Program-made: the position numbers and the translations under genes
Source: Dehalococcoidia bacterium
Lineage (GTDB): Bacteria > Chloroflexota > Dehalococcoidia > Bin125
NCBI GenBank assembly: GCA_963663235.2
Contig: CAXXNO010000004.1
Coordinates: 544,001 to 608,000, forward strand
Length of the DNA stretch: 64,000 nt
Direction: 5' to 3'
The notes under the pieces: generated by a model
Seen by the model: the letters and a program-made list of their open reading frames with translations, nothing else
The model's database searches: none
What the model was told of the DNA's origin: nothing
Shown: positions 38,244-49,220 of the stretch, in pieces
Layout: each line of letters begins with the position of its first letter
Position numbering within the stretch: the stretch's first letter is position 1

Positions 38244-39413
38244 ATGGGCATCCATCGAACGCCCCGGATCTGGCCCCGCGGGCCGTTCCGCCCGTTCGCT
38301 GCGGCGGTGCTGGCCCTCGCCCTGCTGAGCGCGGGCTGCGGCGGCGACGGCGACACGAGCGGCGCTCCCGCCGGGGCGGAGAGCCCCGCTGTGCCCCCGG
38401 CCAATCCTCGCTCGTTCGGCATGGGGTTCACCGTGGTGCCCGCGGAGCTGTCGGACGCGGCCTATCGAGGCTTGTTCGCTAAGGCGGCGCAATCTGGCGA
38501 CCTCGTGATGATCCAGCGGGCCGTGCCCTGGGCGGAGCTGGCGCCCGATACCGCGCTCTCGCCCGAAGCCGAGGCCACCATCGCCCGTGAGCGGGCGCTG
38601 CTGGACGAGTTCGGGCTGGAGGTGCTGTTCGCCATCGACCCCTTTGAGCCCACCGACCGCAGCCGGCTCACGGAGGGCGCCCCCGGCGACTCGTTCACCG
38701 ACGCGGCGGTGGTCGATGCCTACCTGGCCTACGTGGATCTGGTGCTGGACCGCTACCACCCACGCTGGCTGGCGCTGGCGGTAGACGTCGACCAGATCGC
38801 GCGCGGTCGCGCGGAGAGTTTCGGGGAGTTCGAGCAGGCGTACCGCCGCGCCTACGATCGAGTCAAGGAGCGCAGCCCCCAGACGCTCGCCTTCGCCACC
38901 TTCCAGTTGGAGGACCTCCAGGGCTTGTTGGCATGGACGGCGCCGCATTCACCCCAGTGGCAACTGATGCTTCGCTTCTCGGACGCCCTGGACCTGCTGG
39001 CCGTCAGCACGTTCCCTTCGTTCATCTTTCCCTTCGCCACGGAGATCCCGTCGGAGTATTTTTCGCGCCTAGCCGCGTTCGAGAAGCCGTTGGCGCTGGT
39101 CCCGGTCGGCTACGCTTCGTCCCCCGGCCGGGGCGGGGTGACCTACGGGACGGTCTCTGGGCAGCGCGCCTTCCTGGAGCGGCTGCTCGTCGAGGCCGAG
39201 GCCCAAGAATGGGAGCTGATCGTCTGGCTGGCGCCGCAGGACCCGGACTACGCTACCGCTCCGCCGTATGATCTGGTGGCGCGCATGGGCCTGACCGACG
39301 CCCGCGGGATCCCCAAGCCCGCGTGGGAAACCTGGCGCCAAGAGGCGGAGCGACCCTGGCGGCCGGCCGCTGAGGCCTTGCCCCTGCAGCCGGAAGGAGG
39401 AACGGATGCCTGA
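38244..39413 (+). CDS. Lipoprotein, probable glycoside-hydrolase-like TIM barrel
   Basis: Lipobox LSAGC; alternating alpha/beta pattern ending MGL....PKPAW. Fold assignment is inference. Confidence 0.65.
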   Translation: MGIHRTPRIWPRGPFRPFAAAVLALALLSAGCGGDGDTSGAPAGAESPAVPPANPRSFGMGFTVVPAELSDAAYRGLFAKAAQSGDLVMIQRAVPWAELAPDTALSPEAEATIARERALLDEFGLEVLFAIDPFEPTDRSRLTEGAPGDSFTDAAVVDAYLAYVDLVLDRYHPRWLALAVDVDQIARGRAESFGEFEQAYRRAYDRVKERSPQTLAFATFQLEDLQGLLAWTAPHSPQWQLMLRFSDALDLLAVSTFPSFIFPFATEIPSEYFSRLAAFEKPLALVPVGYASSPGRGGVTYGTVSGQRAFLERLLVEAEAQEWELIVWLAPQDPDYATAPPYDLVARMGLTDARGIPKPAWETWRQEAERPWRPAAEALPLQPEGGTDA

Positions 39414-40050
39414 CGCCCCCACGTACAACGAAGCGCGGCCGATGCGAATGACGGTGGTCTCCGACTACATCTGACCGTGGTGCTACATCGGCATGGCTCG
39501 CACGGACCGCATGGTCCGCGAGTTTGCTGTCGAAGCCGAATGGGTGCCATTCGAACTCCATCCCGAGATCCCCGCCGACGGCTTCCGCCGCGACGAGCGT
39601 CGCCCCTTGATGAACGCCGAGGTGCGCGCCCACCTGAAGCAGGTGGCGGAGGAGAGTGACCTGCAACTTGTCGGCAACCCCATCATGGCCAACAGTCACA
39701 ACGCGCTCGCGGCGACCGAATGGGCCCGCGATCAGGGCGGCGATGCCTTCGACAAGCTGCACCGCGCCCTCTTCGGCGCCTACTTCGCCGATCAGCGCAA
39801 CATCAGCACGATCGCGGAGATCGTCTCCGTGGCGGAGGAGCAGGGGCTGGACGGCGCCGCCCTGGGCGCCGTCCTGGAGGCGCGACGCTACAGCGACCGC
39901 GTGGCGGAGACGACGAAGGAACTGCGGGAGCGCAGCGTGCACAGCACTCCCAGCTTTCTCTTTGAGGACCGCTACATGATCATGGGGGCGCAGGACTTCG
40001 AGACCTTCGCCGACGTCTTGACCCGCCTGGGGGTGCCGCGCCGCGCGTAG
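39406..40050 (+). CDS. DsbA/FrnE-like thioredoxin-fold selenoprotein (Sec at codon 23, UxxC)
   Basis: GAAGGAGG RBS then ATG 39406; reads ...VVSDYI-TGA-PWCYIG in frame with the tracked ORF 39493-40050 (PFELHP, STPSF, GAQ). Confidence 0.88.
39495..39524 (+). promoter_or_regulatory. Bacterial SECIS-like hairpin
   Basis: CTCG-CA-CGGACC-[GCAT]-GGTCCG-CGAG; apical loop starts with G, 34 nt after the TGA at 39472-39474. Confidence 0.7.
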
Positions 40051-40153
40051 CCGCCAGGGCGGACGGCCTCCGCCGGCCGGCCGAACCTGCCGCGGACGCG
40101 GCGACCGCTCTATCGGGCCGCGCTGCTAGGATGGATGCAGGCCCGAACCCGTC

Positions 40154-41116
40154 GTGCGGTTCGGGCGCAAGAAACGGAAGACGCCGCTGCGCGCTTCCAT
40201 CATCAAGCGAGGACTGCCGCTGGCGCTGGTCGCGGCCGCGGCGTTGCTCATGGCCCAGCTTCCGCGTGGGCCCGGCGCGCTGGCCGGCGAGGTCCCCGCC
40301 GACGAACATCTCTTCTTCGGCGAGACGGCCAACATCACAGTCGATGGCGGGCCCTTGCCGGAGGGCGCCCAACTTGAGGCGCTCGACGCCGACGGCCGCG
40401 TGGTGGCGACAGGAAGCATCAGCCCGTCCCACGGGAATTGGGGCATCCTGGTCCCCGCCGATGGCGGCCCCATCCGCCTGCGCGTCGGCGCCGCCGTTTC
40501 GGAGCCCTTGGACCCCTCCCCGCCCGGCGGCGCGACCGAGGTGACGGCGCTCGTCCTGCGCACCCGCCTCACCGCTACGCGCAGCGTGGCGCTGGTGGCG
40601 GGGACCAACGGCCTGACCTACTCCGGGCTCGCCGCTCTCGACCCCGGCATCGTGCAAGATCAACTGGCCGACCCGGGCGCGCTCCTGGCGCTGTTCCAGT
40701 GGGACGCGCTCGTCCAGGACTGGCTCAGCTGGCGCCCCAACGTCCCGACCTTCGTCAATTCACTCACCAGCCTGGCGGCCAATGTGCCGCTCTTCCTGAT
40801 CCTCTCGCGCTCGACACTGTGGACCGGGCCCGTCGACGCGTACGGCGCGGGCGCCTGGGCGCTGCGCCCCGGATTTGTCGCCATGCCGTATCTGGGACCG
40901 GACGGCGTGAGCCCACGGCTGGCGTTCGGCCAGATCGGCGATCCGCTCAGTGTGGAAGCGATCTACCGCCTCAACGCCCGGACCCAGACCTACGACGTCT
41001 ATCGGCGCGACGGTCCCGACATTGCCAACACGCTGGGGCCGCTAAACCGCTTCGACGTGCTGTTCGTCCAGGTCACCAGCCCGACCGAGTGGAGCTACGC
41101 CCTCTTCACGCCCTGA
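40154..41116 (+). CDS. Secreted hypothetical protein with two internal repeats
   Basis: Basic N-terminus, hydrophobic signal ending ALA, beta-rich domain, then two similar units of about 85 aa. Confidence 0.75.
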   Translation: MRFGRKKRKTPLRASIIKRGLPLALVAAAALLMAQLPRGPGALAGEVPADEHLFFGETANITVDGGPLPEGAQLEALDADGRVVATGSISPSHGNWGILVPADGGPIRLRVGAAVSEPLDPSPPGGATEVTALVLRTRLTATRSVALVAGTNGLTYSGLAALDPGIVQDQLADPGALLALFQWDALVQDWLSWRPNVPTFVNSLTSLAANVPLFLILSRSTLWTGPVDAYGAGAWALRPGFVAMPYLGPDGVSPRLAFGQIGDPLSVEAIYRLNARTQTYDVYRRDGPDIANTLGPLNRFDVLFVQVTSPTEWSYALFTP

Positions 41117-41198
41117 CGCCCCGCCGGATGCCAGATCCGGGAGGCCCGGCCGCCATCGCCCGGACCTCGTACGCAGGAGCTCAGAACGGGCGCGCTCC

Positions 41199-43679
<2,481 letters not shown>

Positions 43680-43710
43680 GGCAATCTCTCCTCGGCGGGG
43701 CGGCGCCCCG

Positions 43711-44052
43711 TTACTCGCGGCCGAACTCGCGCGGAACCGGCAGGTACCGGTCGCGCTCGCGCTGCAACTGCTCTTTCAGCGCATGTAGCTCTGCGGCGAG
43801 CTGGTCGATGCGCTCGTTGAGGCGCAGGATCACGTCCACGCCGGCGATGTTCACGCCCAGCTCCTCCACGAACCGGCGGATCAGCTGCAGCCGCTCAATG
43901 TCTTCCTCGGAATACATGCGCACGCCGCCGCCGGAGCGGGCGGGGCGCACCAGCCCCTCGCGCTCGTAGGCGCGCAGGGTCTGCGCGTGCACGCCGATCA
44001 TCCGTGCGGCCACGCTGATCACGTAGACGGGCTCATTGATCCGTGCGGGCAC
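43711..44052 (-). CDS. hspR: Heat-shock repressor HspR (MerR family)
   Basis: PVYVISVAARMIGVHAQTLRAYEREGLVRPARS.GG.RMYS...GVNIAGV; between dnaJ and clp. Confidence 0.9.
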   Translation of the reverse strand: MPARINEPVYVISVAARMIGVHAQTLRAYEREGLVRPARSGGGVRMYSEEDIERLQLIRRFVEELGVNIAGVDVILRLNERIDQLAAELHALKEQLQRERDRYLPVPREFGRE

Positions 44053-44076
44053 GGCGCTGTTCCTTTCCCAGCGGCC

Positions 44077-45105
44077 TCACGCGGAGCGCGGGCGCTCGGC
44101 CTCCTCCGTCTCGCTGCGACGCAGATCCTCGAAGAGCGCACGCTGTTCCGGCGTGAGGCTCTCTGGCAGGACGACCCGCACCTTGGCGAAGAGATCGCCC
44201 CGCTTGTCTTGCTCCAGCACCGGCATCCCCTGTCCGGCGAGGCGGAAGACGCGCCCGTTTTGCGTCCCGGCGGGGATGCGCAGCATGACCGAGCCGCGGA
44301 CGGTGGGCACTTGCACCTCGCCGCCCAGGACGGCCATCGTCAGGGGAACCGGCAGGTCCGTGTGCAGGGCGGCGCCCCGCCGCTCGAAGCGAGGGTCGTC
44401 CGCCACCCGGATCGCCAGGACCACGTCTCCGGGCGGCCCCCCGCTGAGCCCGAGACCGCCTTTGCCGCGCAGCCGGATCTTGCTCCCGGTCTCCACGCCC
44501 GCAGGGATCTTGACCTCCAGCCGGTTGCCCGCGGCCGTTCGGCCGGTTCCCCCGCAGGCGTGGCAGGCCGCCATCCCGATGGATCCGGATCCGCCGCACG
44601 TTCCGCAGGGCTCATACGTCTGCAACTGGACGGTCCGGGAGGCGCCCGCCTCTGCCTCCGCCAAGGAGACGGTGACCTCGTGGGTGATGATCTGCCCCTT
44701 TTGCGGGCGGCTCCGTCCGCCGCGGAGGACGCGCTCAAAGATCTGGCCGAAGCCGCCGCCCGCGTCCTCGAAGCCGGCGCCGTCTCCTCCCAAGTCGAAC
44801 TGCCAGCGGCTGCCCCCGGGCGCGTCGAAGCCCGGCGGGAAGCCGCCGTCGCGCTGCATCTTCTCCAGTTGCTCGGCCTGCATCCACTGGTCGCCCCAGC
44901 GGTCGTAGGCGGCGCGCTTCTTCTTGTCGCTCAGGACCTCGTGGGCCTCGTTGATCCCCTTGAAGCGCGTCTCCGCCTTCTCATCGCCCCCGGTCACGTC
45001 CGGGTGATACTTGCGCGCCAGCCGCCGGTAGGCGGTCTGGATCTCCTTCTTGGAGGCGCCCCGGGATATCCCGAGTGTCTGGTAATAGTCGTTGCTGGCC
45101 ACCAA
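44077..45105 (-). CDS. DnaJ/CbpA-family co-chaperone
   Basis: J domain (DYY..LG..YRRLARKYHPD), G/F region, two CxxCxGxG motifs, DnaJ C-terminal domain. Confidence 0.93.
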   Translation of the reverse strand: MVASNDYYQTLGISRGASKKEIQTAYRRLARKYHPDVTGGDEKAETRFKGINEAHEVLSDKKKRAAYDRWGDQWMQAEQLEKMQRDGGFPPGFDAPGGSRWQFDLGGDGAGFEDAGGGFGQIFERVLRGGRSRPQKGQIITHEVTVSLAEAEAGASRTVQLQTYEPCGTCGGSGSIGMAACHACGGTGRTAAGNRLEVKIPAGVETGSKIRLRGKGGLGLSGGPPGDVVLAIRVADDPRFERRGAALHTDLPVPLTMAVLGGEVQVPTVRGSVMLRIPAGTQNGRVFRLAGQGMPVLEQDKRGDLFAKVRVVLPESLTPEQRALFEDLRRSETEEAERPRSA

Positions 45106-45122
45106 GTATCTCTCCTGGGGGT

Positions 45123-45128
45123 ATTATA
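45123..45128 (-). promoter_or_regulatory. -10 box of the dnaJ-hspR-clp operon
   Basis: Minus strand TATAAT followed by CAGGAGAG RBS. Confidence 0.7.
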
Positions 45129-45151
45129 GCTGAGATGCGGACGCCAGTTGT

Positions 45152-45172
45152 ATTGAGTGTATCACTATCATG
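45152..45172. promoter_or_regulatory. Putative HAIR (HspR operator)
   Basis: ATTGAGT-N7-TATCATG versus consensus CTTGAGT-N7-ACTCAAG (6/7 and 4/7), in the AT-rich gap between dnaJ and hsp20. Confidence 0.6.
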
Positions 45173-45305
45173 TCTACTGATAATCGCTACTACCTATATA
45201 TGATGCTAACAGACAGAAGGACGCGCGGCCGCGATACCGTCGTCCGAAGCAACCCATAACAATAATGGGGGCAACCGAAAAGCAGTGCTGGAAGGAAATG
45301 TCAGA

Positions 45306-45746
45306 ATGGCGAACGTTGTGGTTCGTGACCCGTTTCACGAAGTGCGCTTGATGATGCGGCGGGCCTTTGAGGACTCGTTCCCCCGGGCCGCCGCCGTGCG
45401 GGGCCCAATCTCCCTCGACGTCTACGAGCGCGACGGGAAGCTCATCGTGGAGGCGCCATTGCCCGGCTTCAAGGCGGACGATGTCCACGTCACCCTGGAG
45501 CAGGGCGCCCTCACCATCAGAGCCGAGCATGAGGAAGCGCAGGAGAGCCAGGGCCAAGAGAACGGCGACGCGGGCGCTTACTTCGTGCGCGAACGCCACC
45601 GCGGCGCCGTCTCGCGCAGCATCCTCATCGGCGACACGTGGAACGCTGATGGCGTGCAGGCGTCCCTCAAAGACGGCCTTCTCACCCTCGAGGTCGAGAA
45701 GCAGCCCGAGGCGCTGCCGAAGGAGATCGCTGTCACCGCGGTCTAA
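45306..45746 (+). CDS. Hsp20/alpha-crystallin small heat-shock protein
   Basis: LDVYE...LPGF....V.V....LTI, YFVRER..G.VSRSI, ASLKDGLL. Confidence 0.94.
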   Translation: MANVVVRDPFHEVRLMMRRAFEDSFPRAAAVRGPISLDVYERDGKLIVEAPLPGFKADDVHVTLEQGALTIRAEHEEAQESQGQENGDAGAYFVRERHRGAVSRSILIGDTWNADGVQASLKDGLLTLEVEKQPEALPKEIAVTAV

Positions 45747-45769
45747 CGACGGACCTCGGACGACGTCGG

Positions 45770-45803
45770 GCGAGCGCCCCCCGCAGACGCGGGGGGCGCT
45801 CGC
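45770..45803 (+). terminator. Perfect 15-bp hairpin after hsp20
   Basis: GCGAGCGCCCCCCGC-AGAC-GCGGGGGGCGCTCGC; weak U-tract. Confidence 0.7.
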
Positions 45804-45856
45804 GTTGCCGCCGCGGGCGGTTGACGCCTTGCACCATGCCGCGCCACGCTCTCTCT

Positions 45857-46390
45857 ATGGCCGACCGTGTCATCGCCCTCCTCGTCGACGATGCCGCCCG
45901 CGCTCGGATCGACCTCGTCCGCGCCCTCTACGACCGTGGCGCCGTCGATGTGGTGCCGCCGCACGTGCCCCTGGTCGGTCCGGCCCCGCTCGTCGGCGCC
46001 TTGAGCGCCGTGAAGGACATCATCGCGCTGCTCGTGGGCGCCCATCAGCCCTTCATGCTGGAGCTGGGCGCGGCGGAGCGCGTCTTCGATGGCTCCCGCC
46101 ACCTGCTCCAACTGGTGGCCGGCCAAGGGGCCGAGGACAGCCGCCGCCTGGCGGCTGCTTTGGCCGGCGACCTCCAAGGGCCGCAGGCGCTCCCGGCCGT
46201 GGCCCGCATCGCCCTGACGGTGGGCAGCTTTGAGTCGTCGTCTGCGGCCGACAAAGCGGCCGTGGAGCTCGCCGACCGCCGCTACTTCGTGGTGGTGTCC
46301 CAGGTCGGAATCTTGGAGGAACGCGAAGACGGCGCTTGGTCGCTGGAGCGCACGCTGGCGCTCGGCTCGATTCGAGAGGACGGCGCCTAG
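45857..46390 (+). CDS. Degenerate 2H-phosphoesterase-like protein
   Basis: YD....VPPHVPLVGP at the first HxT position; second motif appears as IALTVG. Confidence 0.6.
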   Translation: MADRVIALLVDDAARARIDLVRALYDRGAVDVVPPHVPLVGPAPLVGALSAVKDIIALLVGAHQPFMLELGAAERVFDGSRHLLQLVAGQGAEDSRRLAAALAGDLQGPQALPAVARIALTVGSFESSSAADKAAVELADRRYFVVVSQVGILEEREDGAWSLERTLALGSIREDGA

Positions 46391-47359
46391 ATGCCGGAGA
46401 TCGCGCAGCACCGCGGGTTGCACGGCGATGTCTTCACCGCCATCGGCGCCACTCCCTTGGTCGAGCTGACGGCGATCCGGCGGCCGCCGGGCGTGCGGCT
46501 CTTCGCCAAGATCGAAGGCGCCAACCCCACCGGCAGCATCAAGGACCGCATCGTCTATCACATGTTGGCGCACGCACGAGAGGAGGGGCGCCTCCAACCG
46601 CGGCAGCCGGTCATCGAGGCGTCCACGGGCAACACCGGCATCGCCCTGGCCATGATGGGGCGCCGCCTGGGGCATCCGGTCCATGTCGTGACGCCGCGCA
46701 ACACCTATCCCCCGATCACGCGGCTTCTGCAGATCTACGGCGCCGCCCTGACCCGCACCCCCGCCGAGGCGGGCGTGAGCGGGGCGATCGCCGAGGCCCG
46801 GCGGCGCGTCGACGAAACCGGCGCCTACTTCCTCGATCAATTTCACGACCCAGCCAACTGCGACACGCACTACGAAACCACGGGCCCCGAGATCTGGGCG
46901 GACCTGCCCGAGGTCAATGTCTTCGTCGCCGGCCTCGGGACCGGCGGCACCCTGACCGGCGCGGGGCGCTATCTCAAAGAGCGGATCCCCACCCTGCGCG
47001 TCGTGGCGGCGGAGGCCCACCCCGCCAGCCAGGTGCAGGGTCTGGCGACCTTCGCCGACGGCTTCGAGCCGCCCATCCTGGACCGCGACCTCCTGCACGG
47101 CAAGATCCTGGTGCGCAGCGCCGACGCCTTCCGCGCCGCACGGGAGCTGGTCACCCAGGAGGGGATCTTCGGCGGCGTGTCGGCCGGCGCGGTCTTGCAC
47201 GCCGCTCGGACCCACGCGGCGCGCAATCCCCCCCGCACCGGCTCGGACCTGATCGTGGTCTGCGTGTTCGCCGACGCCGGCTGGAAGTACCTGGACAGCC
47301 ACCTCTGGCTCCAGGATCCCGCCAAGCACGAAGACCTGGAGGAGACGGTCTGGTGGTGA
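46391..47359 (+). CDS. PLP-dependent cysteine synthase family (CysM-like)
   Basis: IGATPLV, KIEGANPTGSIKDR, EASTGNTG, HYETTGPEI, GLGTGGT, DAGWKYL. Confidence 0.92.
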   Translation: MPEIAQHRGLHGDVFTAIGATPLVELTAIRRPPGVRLFAKIEGANPTGSIKDRIVYHMLAHAREEGRLQPRQPVIEASTGNTGIALAMMGRRLGHPVHVVTPRNTYPPITRLLQIYGAALTRTPAEAGVSGAIAEARRRVDETGAYFLDQFHDPANCDTHYETTGPEIWADLPEVNVFVAGLGTGGTLTGAGRYLKERIPTLRVVAAEAHPASQVQGLATFADGFEPPILDRDLLHGKILVRSADAFRAARELVTQEGIFGGVSAGAVLHAARTHAARNPPRTGSDLIVVCVFADAGWKYLDSHLWLQDPAKHEDLEETVWW

Positions 47360-47444
47360 GGCTGATGGCGCGCGCGCGGTGGCATATGATGGCGCTCCGG
47401 CCCCGGCCGGTACGAGAGCGCTCCGGGGTGGGGAGGCGCACGCC

Positions 47445-48158
47445 ATGCCCGTGGTGACGATCTCCAGCCAGCGCGGGGCCGGCGCCCGCGAGGTAGGGCA
47501 GGGAGTCGCCGAGCGCCTGCAGCTCGACTACGTCGACCACCAGGTGCTGATCGAGTCGGCCCAAATCCTCGGGGTCACGGTCAATCGCGTGGCCGCCCGC
47601 GACGAGAAGATCGAGTCGCTACGCCAGCGCCTGGGCCACTTCCTAGAGCGGGCCCTGGAGCGGTCGGCGGGGGGCGGGACGGGAGACCCGTTCATCGGGG
47701 CGGGCACGCTGGAGATGATGCTCTCGCAGACCTATCAGGACGTGACCGACGAGGACGGCGCCGTCCGGGTGGACGACAACGCCTATCTCGACACCATCAC
47801 CCGCGTGATCACGGACGTAGCCGACCGCGGCAGCGTCGTGATCGTCGGGCGGGGCAGCCAGATGATCCTCCAGGGGCGGCCCAACACGGTGCATCTGCAA
47901 CTCGTCGCCGATCTGCCGCTGCGGGTCGCCCGGATGCGACAGTGGGAGTCGCTGAACGAGGAGGAGGCGCGCCGCCGCATCAAGGACTTCGACCGCGGCC
48001 GCGCCCGCTTCCACAAACGGTTCTGGAAAATCGACGTGTTGGACCCGCAGCTCTATGACGCCGTGTTGAACACCACGGATCTGAGTTTCGCCGCCGCCGC
48101 GGCAATCGCGACCATGATCGTGCAGGCCCGCGCCAAGACGACGCCGGTCGGCGCCTGA
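47445..48158 (+). CDS. Cytidylate kinase-like family protein
   Basis: VVTISSQRGAGA.EVG..VAERL, VIVGRGSQ, DP.LYD.VLNT. Confidence 0.88.
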   Translation: MPVVTISSQRGAGAREVGQGVAERLQLDYVDHQVLIESAQILGVTVNRVAARDEKIESLRQRLGHFLERALERSAGGGTGDPFIGAGTLEMMLSQTYQDVTDEDGAVRVDDNAYLDTITRVITDVADRGSVVIVGRGSQMILQGRPNTVHLQLVADLPLRVARMRQWESLNEEEARRRIKDFDRGRARFHKRFWKIDVLDPQLYDAVLNTTDLSFAAAAAIATMIVQARAKTTPVGA

Positions 48159-48165
48159 GCGCCGC

Positions 48166-48450
48166 TCACTCCACCTCACCCAGACAGGAACGCAGCGCCG
48201 CCTCCCCCGCCTCCAGCCGCGCCAGCATGCCGTCGGGGCCGTGGATCTGGAGCCCCTCCGCCGTCGTGGCGTCGCGGGGGCCCATCACCGTCCGGTACCG
48301 CTCCAACGCGGCGTGCGACGGCCCTAGCAGGTCGAGCAGCATCTGCTCGGTGTCGTCACGCCAGCGGAGGTATTCATCGGTCACGGGTCCGGCCGCACGC
48401 AGCCGCCGGATCCGGGCCAGGCTTTCCTCGACCAACTCCAGGCTCCCCAT
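48166..48450 (-). CDS. Hypothetical protein (94 aa)
   Basis: GAGG RBS and a TATACT -10 upstream; helical ORF. Confidence 0.6.
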   Translation of the reverse strand: MGSLELVEESLARIRRLRAAGPVTDEYLRWRDDTEQMLLDLLGPSHAALERYRTVMGPRDATTAEGLQIHGPDGMLARLEAGEAALRSCLGEVE

Positions 48451-48529
48451 GTCGCTGCCTCAAGGTCGCGGTCCTGGTTTCGCGACGGAGTATAGCGGCG
48501 CGCCTCCCGACGAAGGCGGGCCTCACCTG

Positions 48530-49141
48530 CTACGACGCCGGCGCCTCCGCCGTCTGATCCCGGACCACCAGTCGGGTGCGCCGGCGATGCCTGTCGCGCA
48601 GCACCGCGAGCCGCTCGCCGTACTCGCGGCTGGATACGCCGTCCACGGTCAGGATCAAGGCGTCCTCGTGGTTGTCGGCGTAGTACCGCTTGCGCCGGCC
48701 CACTTGCTGGAGGCCGTACTTGTGATAGAGGCGCAGCGCCGGCACGTTCGATTCCCGGCACTCCAGCGTCACTCGATCGGCGCCGACTTCGCGGGCCAGC
48801 TCCGCCGCCCGCTGCACCAGGAGCTCGCCCAGGCCGCGTCGCTGCTGCGCGGGATCGACCGCCACGGTGACAATGTGCACCTCATCGGGGAGCGCCCAAA
48901 GGCCGATGTAGCCGCAGGCCGCTTCACCACGGTCCGGCTTGAGCACGAAGTAGCGCGCCAGCCGGTTCTCGTCTAACTCCTGATGGAAGGCGCTGGCCGG
49001 CCACGCATCGCCGCCGAAGGCGCGTGTTTCGATCGCCACGACGTCGGCGATGTCGGTGCTCCGCATGGGCCGCAGGCAGTAGGCGCGTTCGCTCTTCGGC
49101 ACGGATATTGCCTCGCTGGCGCCGTCGCCCCCCGTCTCCAC
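48530..49141 (-). CDS. rimI: Ribosomal-protein-alanine N-acetyltransferase
   Basis: LRPM...DI, EVHIVTVAVDP..RRRGLG, TLECRESN..A..LY.KYG...GRRKRYYADNHEDA. Confidence 0.92.
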   Translation of the reverse strand: METGGDGASEAISVPKSERAYCLRPMRSTDIADVVAIETRAFGGDAWPASAFHQELDENRLARYFVLKPDRGEAACGYIGLWALPDEVHIVTVAVDPAQQRRGLGELLVQRAAELAREVGADRVTLECRESNVPALRLYHKYGLQQVGRRKRYYADNHEDALILTVDGVSSREYGERLAVLRDRHRRRTRLVVRDQTAEAPAS

Positions 49142-49220
49142 CAGTCTATCGACTGACGGCTCCGGCGCGGGCGCACCCAGCCGCTACACTCGATGCACCG
49201 CCGTTCCGCGGCCAACCGCC

